64,000 nt of DNA, taken from contig JAUFOQ010000003.1 of assembly GCA_040285855.1 (NCBI GenBank), positions 124,001-188,000 on the forward strand, in the 5' to 3' direction. Positions 1 through 13,619 of this stretch are shown here, piece by piece; the first letter of the stretch is position 1, and the number at the start of each line of letters is the position of its first letter. The position numbers and the translations under genes were made by a program. Below the pieces are notes generated by a model that was not told the DNA's origin, did no database searches, and saw nothing but the letters and a program-made list of their open reading frames with translations. The DNA is from Eukaryota sp. GEM-RC1. Taxonomy: Eukaryota.

Positions 1-1120
1 CTGAACTCCTTGCTGTTCTTACTTCCATCAACCCTCCTAACTCCTGCATTACTCAACCCACGTGGTCTCTCATTAAGCTTTCCCTACACACACCTTCCTT
101 CTCCACTCTAACTGGCAATTTCCACTTCTTGAATCCTTCTCATTGTCATTTTGGATTTGATGATCTTGTTGACGTTCCTCAATCATCAGAGTTGATTGCA
201 AGATTAAAGGTTGCTGAATCTGTGATCAAAAGAATTATCCTTTGTTATCGCAACATTATTTAAAATTTGGTTGTTGTTCATCTCATCGACCTTCGCTTTG
301 GGCCCAGTGTTTAGGTTTAAATTTTAAAAATCAATTCCGAAATAGTGTTTCCCAAATGTCGACAGAGCAGTTTGTATTTGAATCACTTTTAAATAATTCC
401 GAAGATTGTTCCTTAATTGTTGATCATTTAATGGTTATGGACGCTCGAATGAATGCTCAGAACGACTCTTTTTTCCCATTTGAAGAGAAAATTCAAAATT
501 TATTAACTGCTTTCAACCGTGATTCTAGAATTTTAAACGAATTGGTTCTGAACAAAACTTCTTTTCTGGAACCTCCAATGTTAATTACAATGAATGGGAA
601 CTCTGTTAACTTCCCTCCAAGTGGTGTGATTCCCTTTAAGGGAATTTCTTTATTTGCCGCCTTTTGTTGTTACTTAAGCTCGGATGATTGTATTGCCTAT
701 CAGTATTTCTTTAAACTGTATTCTAAATATTTTAGCAAATTAAATTGTTTCAGTGGCCAGAATCAGTGCATTTTGTATCTGTGTGATTTATTTGAAAATT
801 TGCTGTTGGAGGTCGACATTGATTTGGTCAAGTTCATGATTTCTCTTGGAGTATTTCCTCTAAAAATTGCATTTTCCTGGATATTTTACGGATTTTTAAA
901 TTATTTGGCAATGGACCAAATATTTGTTTTATGGGACAGAATAATTGCTTTTGATTCCTTGGATTTTCTTCCTTTAATGGCCGTTGCTATCTTTGTTTTC
1001 CGTAAAGACAGTATCCTTAAATGTACCTGTGAAGATGAGATTTATGAACTTTTTCAAGATGGATCTTTACTTTTAGTTATGCCATTGCTGCAATCATTGT
1101 TGTTCAAAACAAGTAGTTGA
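1..1120 (+). CDS. TBC/Rab-GAP domain protein (TBC1D19-like), 5' partial
   Basis: ORF 242-1120 has TBC motifs (RPSLW, GVIPFKG, AFSWIFYGF, LWDRII, AVAIF). Coding-like sequence continues upstream to the window edge with a probable frameshift near 230. Confidence 0.8.
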
Positions 1121-1719
1121 GATTGTGGAAATTTCTCGAATTGTAGTGTGTAAAGTGTATAGAGCTGTTCAAAAGTGGACTTATTTGAAAAATTCAAATG
1201 TGTGGTTCTGAATTGTTTCAGTTTTTTTTGAGTATTAACCAGACTACATTTGATAGTTATTTAACTTACTATTGGGTTAATACTTGAATTCTTTTGATTT
1301 ATCTTATCTAAACTGGTGTCGATCTGAACAATATTTCTGACAATGTTTGGGTTGATTCCCAACTCGATGTACATTTTTAAAATTTGTGTATTTAAAATTA
1401 ATGATGACGAATAAAACACATTGCAAACTTCTTTTCATTAGTGTACATGTACTGCGTCATATTATTATCTCTACTCAGTGTAGCTCTACTCTGATACTGA
1501 TATTACCGAGTCTGGTGGCTTTGAGTGACTTCAATCAAATGGAATTTATGATTAGTCCAAAGGAATATTCTAGATTATCGCTTTGACACCACCATAACCG
1601 AACACAATCAACTTGTCTTCAAGTTCAATTTCTGAAGACTATTTATTGCTTGTATTGTCATTCGTTCGTTAACAGAACAATTTATCCTGTTAAAGAACAA
1701 GTTTGTACTGATAATTGTG

Positions 1720-2060
1720 TTTATGAAACTGGTTTTATGATCAATCAGTAAAATCAATGCACTTGCAGAAATTAATAAATAACAGACACGAACTAAAATA
1801 TCTAAACTATGATCCTTCTGTCCATGACTAAACAACTTACCTAAAATTGAATTAAAATATCTATGCATTGAACGGAACAACGCAAACGTTAACCTACTCA
1901 ACCAAAAAATGCCATTGAAAACTTTACCATACTCAGAACACAATTTACCAAAGGAAGTTAAAAAACCTTGTGCAGCTGGTCCAATATTACCGTATATCGA
2001 CATCGCAAAGGTTGAAACAAAAAGAATTGTACCTGTCAACATTCAATTGGTTAAATAAGT
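1720..2060 (-). mobile_element. 3' fragment of RLE-type non-LTR retrotransposon, family A
   Basis: Translation FAMSIYGNIGPAAQGFL...FWLSRLTFALFRSM is nearly identical to the 22006-22524 ORF; the 3' UTR also matches. Confidence 0.8.
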
Positions 2061-2076
2061 GACGGTACTTTCTATT

Positions 2077-2397
2077 TTATGATGATGAAGAACGTCTCTT
2101 CATTGGCATTTCTATAATCTTACTCTCTTCAACTGCTTCTTCTTCTGAAACTGGACTTGTTACTTCTACAATTCTCTCAAATGGTTCTCTGATAATCCTC
2201 TTCTTAGCTACTGGTGCAAGAACTACGAACTCTTCCTCGACTATGTCTCCAGCAGGGACCTCCGTAGTACTTCTACCACATGGAACAGTTGTACAGCTTT
2301 CAATTTTGGTTGGTTGTTGACTTGGTCTCTCTTCTAAATCTCTTTTCTGAAGAGACAGTTTACTTCGAAGTGCTCTGAGTCGGTTTGGGGTTGACAT
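2077..2397 (-). CDS. hypothetical charged low-complexity protein
   Basis: ATG-started 106-aa ORF with coding-like composition; no recognisable domain. Confidence 0.3.
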   Translation of the reverse strand: MSTPNRLRALRSKLSLQKRDLEERPSQQPTKIESCTTVPCGRSTTEVPAGDIVEEEFVVLAPVAKKRIIREPFERIVEVTSPVSEEEAVEESKIIEMPMKRRSSSS

Positions 2398-3141
2398 TGT
2401 ATTAAATAAGAATGTTGTTTGTTAGGTTTCAAAGCTATCAATTCTGCGAAGGTTTCCAGAAAACCTCTTCATTCTTCCCATCATTATTGCTTCTGTTTTA
2501 AATTTTAATTATGGTTACAGTAATCTAGCTAACCCTTTACTGGTCCTTGCTTAAGCAGACACAAATAATACCAATTACAAATATACAGACTTGTAGTTCA
2601 TATATATGCAGTTGACATACTCGGATTTTCCGTGAATGTGATCAAACTACTTCTAGACCAAATGGTTTTTGATTGAAACCTTTAGTCAGCAAAATTACTT
2701 CACAGTTTGTGTGCTCTTAGCTTTATGTCTGTTAATATAAATTCTGTTTACAGATCTGTTACAGAATTGATGACCAAGATATATTAAGTTGAAAAGATCT
2801 GTTCTCAATAGGACCTCAATGATCTGAAACATGCTGTGTTTTTCGTGGTAAGCTGTACATACTGTCGACATGTAGTATATACTATATAGACAACTCACTG
2901 TTTACTTTAAGTAATGAGCGATCGTCGGTCATGGATTTGAAAACTGAGATAAATTTGAAACTTGAAAACAAGGGCCTGGAAAAATTGAATTGATTGACAA
3001 TATCAATTATTTTTTTTTTAATCATAGTGTTTTATTGACAACAACATGTCAATGATTGGTGTTTAACCAATGCCAATGTCTCAAATTGAACCAATCAATA
3101 TTTCAATGTTATATATTTGCCCAATCAGTATTGGTTCAAAT

Positions 3142-3805
3142 CATAGTACGGAAAAACACGTGTTCATCCAATTACAACACGTTCAGAACACGTTCACACT
3201 CAAAACCGTGTTGAACACCGCTACAACACCGCCACCCATCCACCCAAACTTTTCATCCAACCTTTTCTTCAAAAATGTTTGACCTTTAGTGATCAAATAC
3301 ATCCCTTCTATGTGCATTCGTGACCACAATTTTTACAATCGTATCAGTACTGGTCACGATTATTTCAGATGCATTGTGAGTATAAAAAAAGACATTTATG
3401 TATAAGACACAGTGTCCACCTTGCTTCCAAATCTAAAAATCAGTTTCAGCGTTGCAGTAAATTGAAGCCCGTTTCATCTTGAACAATTTGGAGACTCAGA
3501 TGTAGTTACTCACTAATTGTGAAGTATATATCTCAAATTTCTTGAAAAACTAACTTCTTTGGTGGATAACTTGTTTTCACCTTCAATCATTGACTATCAA
3601 TTCCAAATCCAAAGAGTCACCAATTTGTTCTCACCACCTTTTGTTCAGTAAAGATTCGTCTATTTGAAGCTATTTTCGTGCAACAACTTGGAAACAATCA
3701 ACAACTAAAAACACCGCAACTCACCCTTCAAAAAAATACAACACGTTCAGAACACGTTCACACTCAACACAGTGTTCAAACACGCCCGGTGTTTTCCGTA
3801 CTATG
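3142..3805. mobile_element. hAT-type MITE nested in the 2970-4669 element
   Basis: TIR CATAGTACGGAAAA / TTTTCCGTACTATG; 8-bp TSD GTTCAAAT at 3134-3141 and 3806-3813; AACACGTTCA subterminal repeats. Confidence 0.88.
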
Positions 3806-4332
3806 GTTCAAATGATGTTGCAATGTTTGATATTGATCCAATGTTTCCTGTATGGCTATTATAATAGCCGCTACTAGTAGTATTAGTAGAACAGGGAAAT
3901 CATAAAAGTTATGTATTTAGATCATAAAGGACAAGTTGTAACGATTATATTCATCTAATGTTTCTAATAACTCCTCATCCTCTTCTACTGGTTCCTTGTT
4001 CAGTACATCTCTTAACAACGTTTCAGTAAAAAGTGTTGATTGTACAGTAGGAAGAGCTGCAACTCAAGTGAATCACAAAACACCGTGACGAAGATACCCC
4101 TAAAGTAGCTGAGCTGAGAAATTTGTGTTTGTGTTTCTACTACTAATATATTTAGCATTATATTTGTCATATTTTATAACTGAAACTTGTCATTCTGGTA
4201 TTTGTTATGTGATCTTGAGTGAAAAGGGCTGATTCACTTATATTAATTGGCCCATGTTTCAATGTATGAACATCATTTCAATCAATGTTTCAATGATTTG
4301 AGTAGAGCCAATCAATGTTTCAATGTTTTAAA

Positions 4333-4588
4333 CAAAAAACGGGGTTTATGATCAGTCAGTGAAATAAATGCATTTGCAGAAGTTAATAACTAACAGACAC
4401 TAACTAAAGTATCTAAACTATGATCCATCTGTCCATCACCGAACAACTTACCTAAAATTGAATTAAAGTATCTGTGCATTGAACGAAACAACGCAAACGT
4501 TAATCTACTCAACCAAAAATTTTCATTGAAAGCTTTACCGTACTCAGCACACAATTTATTAAAAAACCTTGTGCAGCTGGTCCAATGT
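4333..4588 (-). mobile_element. 5'-truncated RLE non-LTR retrotransposon copy, family A
   Basis: Reverse complement matches about 22317-22578; flanked by the 10-bp duplication ATGTTTTAAA at 4323-4332 and 4589-4598. Confidence 0.85.
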
Positions 4589-4880
4589 ATGTTTTAAATT
4601 GAACCAATCAATGTTTCATATCAATGTATTCAAATAATTGTATTGGCAATACAATTTTTCCAGGCCCTGCTTGAAAACGGTCCTTTATGAAGGAGACGGT
4701 AGTTAAGGAGTAAGGAGAATCATATTGTCTTGATATACAGAGGTCTGATTAGGAGTTTATCTAGGAGATATTCAGGTTGACTACTGGTGCAATTTACAGT
4801 AAATCTTATGTTGTTTGAATAAATGTCAGTTTTAAATTTGGTTTGAATTATCACTCTATTCCCATTACTGTACCAATTTT

Positions 4881-6126
4881 ATACGTCCAACGACAGCCTC
4901 ATATCTGCTTCCTACGAAAGCTCCTTTCACTGCTAGAATAGTCAACGCTGCTCACAATGTGACAGAAGACGATATCAAACACTCATTTTCATCTCTCTCT
5001 GTAAAAGAAGTTCGATCCCTTTGTCATAAACCAGGCGTCTTTTTCGTGGAGTTTCAAGACGCTGAAGGACTCAAGCAATGTTTAGACCATTACTGGTTGT
5101 TTGAGATAAAAGGCCGTCCGATCCGTACCTTTATAGTTCCTCCACCTAGACCTTCTGTTAAGAATATTGATAACTGTTGTCGTGGAGAAACAGAAGCGTC
5201 TGTTGTTGAACCAGAACATCAAGAGAAACATCAACATCGCGTTCCTTCCCAATGGATCTCCTTCAAAGAAGACCGTCCTGAGCGAGAATTCCGTTCTTGT
5301 GGCTTTGATCTTAACGAATGGAGAGGATCTACTGTTCCTTCATCTGTTGAAATTGATGTTAAACCAGAGCAAGAGAGACGTCCACTACGTGCTCGTCGTC
5401 ATCGTAGTCCTCATAAAGAAGAAACTCTTCCCAAAGAAGATCGTCCTCAACGAGAATCCAAACCTCCTGGTTTTGATCCCAACGTACTTTCTGCCTGGAG
5501 AGGATCTACTGTTCCTTCATCTGTTGAAATTGATGTTAAACCGGAACATGAGAAACGTACAGTAAATGTTTCGAGTCGCCGCGGTCCTCAGGAAGAAGGA
5601 AGAGCACCACATGAACCCCGTTTCGGCAAAACTCCTCCTGTTGCCGCTGGTCGTCCACATGATGAATCATATGTACTTCCTACACAAGCTCCTTTCATTG
5701 CTAAAATCATCAACGCTGCATACAGTGTAACAGAAGACGACCTTATACGAGCTCTCTCATCTCTTTTTGTTAAAGACATTAAACCCTTCGGCCATAAGGG
5801 TGGTAATTTCCTTGTAGAATTCCAAGACGTTCAAGGACTGAAGCAATGCCTAGACAAGTACTGGGGTTTTGGAAATCAAGGGTCGCCCAATCAAAACCCT
5901 CGTAGCCGAGCCTAGGAATTCTGCCACGGATGCTAGCAACTGGCGTGGAGCAACAGAACCATCTGCTATTGGTCCTAGGTTTGGAGAAGAACCAAATGAG
6001 AGACGTCAACATCGTGGTCCTACTCAAATAACAACCCGTCGTTTCCGACGGTTTCCGAGGGAACGTGATTCCTTAATATTTTTCCGTAATGAACGTGGTG
6101 AACGTAGTCCTCAACGTCCTGCCTGA
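4881..6126 (+). CDS. eIF4B-like protein with two RRM modules and Trp-containing repeats (ATA at the expected start; frameshift near 5865)
   Basis: Two copies of LPTxAPFxAxIxNAAxxVTEDD...VEFQD..GLKQCL...IKGRPI resemble the eIF4B/H RRM. The start codon homologous to ATG 8972 reads ATA at 4881. The frame changes in the G/T run TGGGGTTTTGG. Confidence 0.6.
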
Positions 6127-6170
6127 TTTGATAAGGTGATTTTGTTTTCTACTCACTTTAAAGTTTAAAG

Positions 6171-6832
6171 CATACCTGGAAAATACCAGGGTTGAACAAA
6201 ATACAAATACAAAAATACAGATACAGATTAAAATACAAAAATACAACGGCAATGATGGTGTATCATCTGTATTTTTAGTAGTGTACAAAGACAACAATAA
6301 TGTTCAATGATCGCCTACATGTACATGTATTTAGATTTGTTTCGATTTAAACTTAAGTTATACTAACGTTTAACGTTGCTTCAGTAAATAGGGACTGATC
6401 AATTATCTCTCACTCCCAGTCAGACTCAATGCAAGCTTTTTTCTCTTGTTGGTCAGGTTTTGGCACGTATTTTGTCTCCTACTTTTAGAGAAACACAATC
6501 AAAGAGCAATTCTTCCTAGAATTATTCCTCGACCTAATTTAGTACACTACTGTAGTTTGTTCGTCTGTCTTCTGTTATGGTTGCTGATAAACTACTACAA
6601 TCACTTCGTCTTGTATCTTGATTAATATCATGTTTTTATTTACTTCAGTAAATCCCATGAAGAATAATTGGAGATAAAAAAAACTACATGTACGTCCAAA
6701 GCAGTTTTGTTTACATGTAAGTAAGTTCAGAAACGTATTGCTAAAAAAAATACTGCAGTATTTTAATACTGAAAATGAAAAAATGCAAATACACAAATAC
6801 AGAAATTACAGAAAAGTGTATTTTCAGGTATG
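6171..6832. mobile_element. hAT-type MITE
   Basis: TIR CATACCTG(G)AAAATAC / GTATTTTCAGGTATG; 8-bp TSD GTTTAAAG at 6163-6170 and 6833-6840; AAATAC subterminal repeats. Confidence 0.88.
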
Positions 6833-7379
6833 GTTTAAAGTGACTAAAAATCACGTCAACATTTCCTGACATCAGACTTGTTCATATGAGGGATCTCATT
6901 CTTTTGTTTTTAAACAGAATTAAGAACCGAAATTGATGAAGTCAACACTTAAGTTGATATTCGAAGAGAATATTTGTAATGAATATTTAAATATTGATTG
7001 CTCATAAATATTTATTGCAGGGAGGACTAATAAACATTGCACAAAATATATTTTCAACTGTTTCGGAAGTGTAATATTTATTGCCTGACATTGCAATATG
7101 TAAATAAGTATGAAAAACTGTGATTGTAGTCAACACTTAAATCTGATCAGAAAATACAGTGATGTAAAATACAGTTGTTGTGTGACTATCAGATTTGGGA
7201 ATAACATATTTATCCATATTCATTTATCCAAAGCTGAAAAAAGAAACATTAATGCAAATTCTGACACAATGAACAAACTGAATTCCAGTTTGTATTCTTC
7301 TTTAAGTTCATTCCTTTTGCTATTTCAATTCTTGGTAATTGGAAGTGATGATGAAATTTCTTTGATGCCTTTTCACAGT

Positions 7380-7517
7380 TGTGCCGTGACCATAGGAAAA
7401 TTTTTAATCAGTCTCTTTGGCGCAATCGCATTTTTTTCCTTATACAGAAGTTTCCCAAAGTATTTGAATCGTATGCTGGACAAATTGTATCGTGGTAGTT
7501 CAATAGTAGATGTGGAG
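7380..7517. repeat. dispersed repeat; inverted copy at about 37228-37366
   Basis: TGTGCCGTGACCATAGGAAAA...GTGGTAGTTCAA is the reverse complement of about 37240-37366 with few mismatches. Confidence 0.75.
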
Positions 7518-7787
7518 CATTTAATATCTTTTAATTGCTAGTTGTTTGTATTTCGTTAATAGATCTAAAAAAATGAAAACATATTGAATCATTTGTTTCC
7601 TCTCCTTATGCCAGCTAAAACTTGATTAACAATACAGAAAATACAGTATTTATCGAGACTGAAAAAATACAAAAAAATACGGTACATGTATTTGTATTTT
7701 CCAAGTATGCTTGCAAACATTAATATTTGTTGGGTTGAAATAAAATATTGTATTTATTCTATTTATTGCAACTTATTGCGTTTATAT

Positions 7788-8355
7788 CAATGTGCGCAAA
7801 TCTTTGGTACGTACCGATTACTCTAATCCGTACCGATGACATTTGATTTTTTAAAAAGCCCTTTTATGAATGAGCGAAACAGGCTTACAAATACTATTTT
7901 TTGAGTGGAGGTTCATTCATTTGTCAAACATAGTACTAATGCAAATTGGTACGGCATCTTCTGATCGTTTAGAAATCCGATCTGTGGGATTTTCTGCCCA
8001 TTATCACTAATATAATGCGTCGTAGTCACTCGTTAAATGCATTGTGATTCGACGATGCTACTACTATTGTTGATTTCGAGCGATTGCTGAGCTTCGTACG
8101 AAGAAATGTCTGTTTGGGGAAGTGGTGGTCAGCAAATGACGTACCCTAAATGTGAATATGAGTGACAATCACGAAATTGATATCCTGAGCAATGTTTAAC
8201 GGTAGAATGTATGACGATGGTAACTGTTAAACTCTCTCATTGGATCATTATGTTCAAAAAAGTACTAATTAATTTAATCGGTCAAAAGTACAGCACCGGT
8301 ACTTGTACCGTACGTACGTACGGTACGCCTAAAACCGCCGCGGTACGGAACATTT
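7788..8355. mobile_element. MITE; uninterrupted inverted relative of the 21742-23036 element
   Basis: Starts CAATGTGCGCAAAT, has CGTAC-rich ends, and aligns along its length with 21742-21881 plus 22589-23036 in reverse. Confidence 0.8.
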
Positions 8356-8390
8356 TTCATATTTTCTGAGATATAGAAATATGATATATA

Positions 8391-8888
8391 TCGTAGGTGT
8401 CCTAATACAAGCAACGTCCTAATACAAGCAAACCTGGTTGGTTGTATTTATTACGCACTTTAATATGAAATAACAACTTTTGCACTTAATTAATAGCATA
8501 TACGAAAACAGACATGGAATTACATGTTGCGCAAGCTGAAGCACATGGTCGGTTGTTCTTACAAACTTGAGGAGCTGCTGATGAACTCGATAGTGTCAAC
8601 TTGGATGCTTATCTGGAGATGTTAAACGTAACAGAAGCTTTGATTGATTATGAATCAAGTTTGTAGCTTTTGTCAATAAAAACGCAGATTGTTGTGTTGT
8701 TGGTTAATGTCTTATATCCAGTTGTTTATTCAGATAGTTTCTACATTGATGCAAAAGTCACCGAAGTTACTTGTATGTTCCGATACGTGTGCCTCATGTA
8801 TCCTAATACAAGCAAGGCTCCAATACAAGCAAACAAATGGTGCCTTGTATTAAATATACAGTTGCTTGTATTAGGATAAACCTTAAAT
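8391..8888. mobile_element. MITE with CCTAATACAAGCAA subterminal repeats (Tc1/pogo-like)
   Basis: C(C/T)AATACAAGCAA at about 8401, 8418, 8802 and 8820, with an inverted copy TTGCTTGTATTAGGA at about 8862. Exact ends are uncertain. Confidence 0.55.
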
Positions 8889-8971
8889 AATATGAAATCG
8901 GATAATCCGAATCCGATCCGAATGCATTGAGTTGGGAAAAAACATATTTTTGGAGAAATTCTCTTTTCAGA

Positions 8972-9512
8972 ATGCGTCCACATGATGAATCATATGACCT
9001 TCCTACTGAAGCTCCTTTCACTGCTAAAATCATCAACGCTGCATACAGTGTGACAGAGGATGACATTAAACAAACTTTCTCTTCTCTTTTTGTCAAAAAT
9101 GTTCGTCCTTTTGGTCGTAAAGGTGCTAATTTCCTTGTCGAATTCCAAGACGTTCAAGGACTGAAGCAATGCCTAGACAAGTTCTGGATGTTTGAAATCA
9201 AGGGTCGCCCAATCAAAACCTTCGTAGCCGATCCTCCTAAGACATCTGTTACGGATCACGTCAGCAACTGGCGTGGAGCAGTAGAACCCTCTGCTATAAG
9301 CTCAACGTTTCAAACGCATCAACCAGAGAACCGTCGTCGTCGTGTTCCTCCCTCATAGTAGTACTTCCACTGAAGAGTACTCTCGTAGTGAAGGGCAATC
9401 TCAACGAGAATCCCGTCCCCCTAGCTTTGATCCTACCGTACTGTCCAACTGGAGAGGATCTACTGTCCCTTCATCTATTGATATGACTTTTAAAAGTGGT
9501 AGGGCTGTGTAA
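8972..9512 (+). pseudogene. third eIF4B-like RRM module, truncated paralog
   Basis: Close copy of 5650-5970 followed by a repeat unit like 5447-5540. Frameshift in the C-run near 9350; the sequence runs into a TAGGGCTGTG TIR-like start at 9500. Confidence 0.6.
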
Positions 9513-10460
9513 TTCAATTCAGCTGGGGTAAATGTACAATCTCTTGATGCACTGCACCTCTATGAAGTGCACAATCTTGAACACCCTCTTTGGCCAACAG
9601 AAACGCCAAAAGATCCACCAACTAGTAGACGTTGTAGATCTTTATTTAGACCGCACATCCAATTTTAGATTAATACTCATATTTTAAATAATGTCAGTCA
9701 AAATTTATTTTAATTTATTTTTTTATTTTTGCTTCGAGTCAAAATCTCGAAGCACATTCACATTCTCAACTGATAGATTTAAATCAAACAGATTGGATCT
9801 TAGTATTTTAATGACTTGTTGATTTGGTTCTCTACGTATACAATCGAGAATGTTGTACACAATGTTCATTGAAAACAAGAATTTATCTTTACGTCGTAAA
9901 GTGGCATTTTTACAACAATGTGTTCACATAATATCATAAGTATTCTCAGCTATTTCTACATCCTGTGTGTTTTCTACCCCATCCAACACAGACTTTGGAT
10001 TGCTCGTGCAATTCCAGACATACTTATATGAAATTTTAATTGGGATTACATAATCGTTCGTTTTGCCACGTCAATTTCTGTGAGATATGTTGGTTATTGG
10101 TCCGTTTCCACTCGTTGTAACACGTGTTAACTAAGAATACACATTACCGAAGATGGGACTCGTGTTTTCTCCTAGTAGAAGAAAAAAGCTCAATGAAAAT
10201 CATTTTTCCTTCAGTCAACGTGAAATTGAACAGTAGTACACTTATATTAATTGCTAAATCAATACAAGGCAGTTCGTCCACAAAACCATTTTTCTTTCTT
10301 TGATTGAGAAGTGTTATTAGGGGTTATTAGAATGGTACTAGTAGTACATCAGAATTGATTCATTCCTTTAATGTAAAGAGTTTAAATTATTGATGTATTA
10401 TAGAGACTTAGACAGAGTACAACAACACAAATGTATTTACTTAGAATAAAATCAAGAATC

Positions 10461-11650
10461 CTAATCTTGTTTATCCTGCTTTCCTTCTTCCTCTTCTTCA
10501 CCTGTGACCTCAACATATCTTCTTCTAATCAGTTTGCGAATAACAAACACAACTAATCCCAAAATAGTGACACTCATTGCACCAACAGCAATTGGATGAT
10601 CACGTACCACGGATTGAACGAGATTAAGCCAGTTTGAGAGCTTTTGATGAGCTCCTTCAGGTTCAACCTTCCCTTCTTGAACAGCAACTGCCCAATCAAA
10701 CAGTTCCTGGTCAACAGACTTCTTCCAAATATTACGTGATTGAATATTCAAAGCAAAAGCATTAGGAAGAGTAGACAAATCAAGACCAATTCTTTCTAAA
10801 TACCCACGGAATTGAGTTGCATCCATCCAAGCAAAAGTTAGATCAAGACCAGAAGATTTGATTTGGTTTCTAATATCTTCTAATTCTTCCTCCATTTCAG
10901 GATTCACAGCAATGACAAACATAGTTCCCTTCTCAGCCAGTAGACGGAAGTTCTCCTGGTCAACTTGGGGGAGGGAAGAGAAGAGATGGGAGACGATCCA
11001 CTTGGCGAGACCCTCATCTGACAAGTCTGTGGTGACAATAGGTTCTCCTTCTTTCAAGACACAAAGAGACTCAAGATTGTCAGTGGAGCATAGTTGTTGG
11101 AAACGAGATTCATCAGCTTCAAAGAACTCAACAATACCAACAAGAGTACGAGCAATCATTGACAGACGCTCTTTGATTTCTGGAGATAGGTTTTGGGGAA
11201 CGACAAATGTGTTGTATGTCACACTGTGCTTATACTCTTCAGAAATCTTAGGAATGGGATCTTGTGTCATTTTGTCAACAAAAGATACAAAGGAAGGTAC
11301 ATCGCGGGGACCAGAGTAGTCCTTGATGAACTTTCCTTCTTTGAAGACGATCGTGGGGAAACCTCGAACTCCAAAGGCCTTGGCTGCGTTTTTAGCCTTG
11401 GTGGCGTCGATTTTAGCGACGACGATGTCACGATCAGCTAAAGTTTCTCCGAGTTCGATCCACAGAGGCTCAAGATTTTTGCAGTGTTGACACCAGCTAC
11501 ATTGAGAAGTGGAAAAGAATCATACGGAGCGTAAAGTTCGATCAAGGCTGGTTTATCACCGATCACAGATTCAAAGTCGTCATCTAGTTCAATGACTTCA
11601 GCCAAAGATAAGAGAAAGAAACTGAGGAAAACGAGAAGAAGAAGCTTCAT
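10461..11650 (-). CDS. transmembrane protein disulfide isomerase (TMX-like thioredoxin protein), 2 exons
   Basis: Signal peptide; removing intron 11497-11525 gives YAPWCQHC and one continuous frame through RGFPT into the 269-aa ORF; C-terminal TM helix and charged tail. Confidence 0.9.
11497..11525 (-). other. 29-nt spliceosomal intron
   Basis: GTATGATTCTTTTCCACTTCTCAATGTAG; its removal restores the WCxxC active site. Confidence 0.9.
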
Positions 11651-12150
11651 TTGGTGTAAGGAAAGTCCTGTTTCATCTCAATTCTCTGGTTTTGCTCTTG
11701 ATGAATACTTACATCAAAGCTTTTACTTTAAATGAATCTCTTTTATTATTTAATTATTGTCGCTTTTATTATTATTTATTATAATTAAAATTACACTGTG
11801 AACTACATTGTGTATGCCTAGTTCTAGTAAAATCAGGATTATATTACATTACATTACTCCTTGGGAAAATTCTAAACCGGTACTCAACACTGGCTACGTG
11901 TTGCAAGCTTGTAGTGATGTTATGGGGACTAGTGGCTCAGCTAGAGTAGTTGCAAATCACTAATTCACATCTCAAGTACTGTAACATTTTTGTGTAGTTG
12001 TCATTTTCGATCACAACAACACATTAATTGAGCTGAACTTGTTTGTTAAATTAATCAACTAAAACAAATGATGAACTGCGGTTAAGTGTGCCAAGAGTGC
12101 TCAATTTACGTCAGTATTCTGTACGCAGTATATGTATGTTAGTTAGTATT

Positions 12151-12211
12151 TTCTGCAAATGCATTAATTTTGCTGATTGATCATGAACCCCGGGTTTGTT
12201 CCATAAAAAAA
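12151..12211 (+). mobile_element. short 3' tail fragment of RLE family A
   Basis: TTCTGCAAATGCATT...GATCATGAACCCCG resembles 22532-22575; followed by an A-run. Confidence 0.55.
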
Positions 12212-12948
12212 TCAGTGTAAAGTCGTCATAAATGGATATCATGTATGGTAACTCATCACACATCGAAATTTATCTAAGGGAATCTCCCAGATACTCCTAG
12301 ACTAATTGAACTTCGGTCCTGAGTTCACTAAAGCGCTCTTTTGTTTCTTGTTCGCTCCAATTCTGGTACATGAAATACAGGGAAAAAGCTAATTTATCTA
12401 CAGAGACGATTCTACTCTACATCCATAAGTCTAGCAGAAGTTGCTTCGATAATAAAGCAGTATACCCAAAGTAAGGGAATACTTGTACCAGGAAGGAAAC
12501 TTCATTTTTTCTTCAATGTAAGGTATAAGAGAGAGTAAACAACTCACAAAGTGTATTTCTGATAAAAACTCGTTGCAAACACCATGACGCTTCACAACGC
12601 AACGTGTGACACAACAGAATAACTTATGTTGTGTTTGTTCTGTATCTGACACAACTCAAAAAATTGTATTTACTTTGAAGTTACTTTCTTCCTCATTTAT
12701 ATAATGTATCGATACATGTATTTGCAAACATTGTGTGTTTATTAATTTTTTTGTTAAATATTATGGTCCAAATCCGACCTGCCAAATGATGAATTCATTC
12801 ACCATCCGTCACCGTCAACGCTTAGATTTCTGTTCTTCGTCATCGAGTCGACGGATGATTTTTTAAGAGCTACTGTGGGAACCATTGTTGACGAATACGT
12901 ATATTGTTCAGGAAAAAATTACATCTGTAAATATTGTGTATGACCAAC

Positions 12949-13619
12949 CAGGGGTGGGAAAACAATATTGCTCCAATATCTATTTCCGCTCTTTGAGGTG
13001 GATCATTATTTATTGTTACACCGGTTAATTATTTCAATTTTGTCAATATACTTCGAGTTGTTCATTTCGTTGTTTTGCATCACCATTGGGACTTCCAAAA
13101 CCATTTTGGTTGTCTTATGTGTTTAAATATAATGAGAGTTGCTTTATCGGTAATGATTTCTAGTTGTCATAATGTGTACTATTTGAGCTGAGTTCGACTG
13201 TTAACTAGAAGTACAATGTAAATTCTTTCCCTCACACTTCTGATTCTACATTGTCACAATTAATTCTAATGACGAAGCCCAAAGCAACAGCACCATTCTA
13301 CTATACGAAGTTAGATCCTCAACCAAGCAATACTCCCGAAGGAAAAACCGCCTGGAAGTGCAGAAAACGCCCTGATACTAAACCCCTCTTTGTTAAATGG
13401 TATTGAGATTATTTCGGATATTTCTGATTGTGATGAACAATAGAATATGTGAGTTTTTTTGTAATAAATACATAATATGATTCATAGTGTTGCATTATTG
13501 CAATATTGCAATATTGGTCGAATAATTGCAATATTTATTGGCCCTATTTCAGACTTGCAATATTTATTTTGTGGCTAAAAAATATGTATATTTATTGCAA
13601 TATTGTTTTCCCACCCCTC
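12949..13619 (+). mobile_element. internally deleted hAT element
   Basis: TIR CAGGGGTGGGAAAACAATATTGC / GCAATATTGTTTTCCCACCCCT(C); TSD TGACCAAC / TGTCCAAC (7 of 8 match); stub ORF from 13269 (..FYYTK..AWKC) resembles the start of a BED finger. Confidence 0.8.

Larger units (their letters stand above)
2970..4669. mobile_element. non-autonomous hAT-like element with 9-bp TSD, hosting two nested insertions
   Basis: Termini (a)AGGGCCTGGAAAAATTG ... CAATTTTTCCAGGCCCTG; CTTGAAAAC duplicated at 2961-2969 and 4670-4678; CAATG/CAATC-rich subterminal repeats. Confidence 0.85.

Noticed and set aside
10858..11441. Antisense or overlapping ORFs here and within PFOR, DAACS, Myb, RING-RCC1 and glycogen synthase
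   Set aside because: Shadow frames of real genes with no independent motifs.
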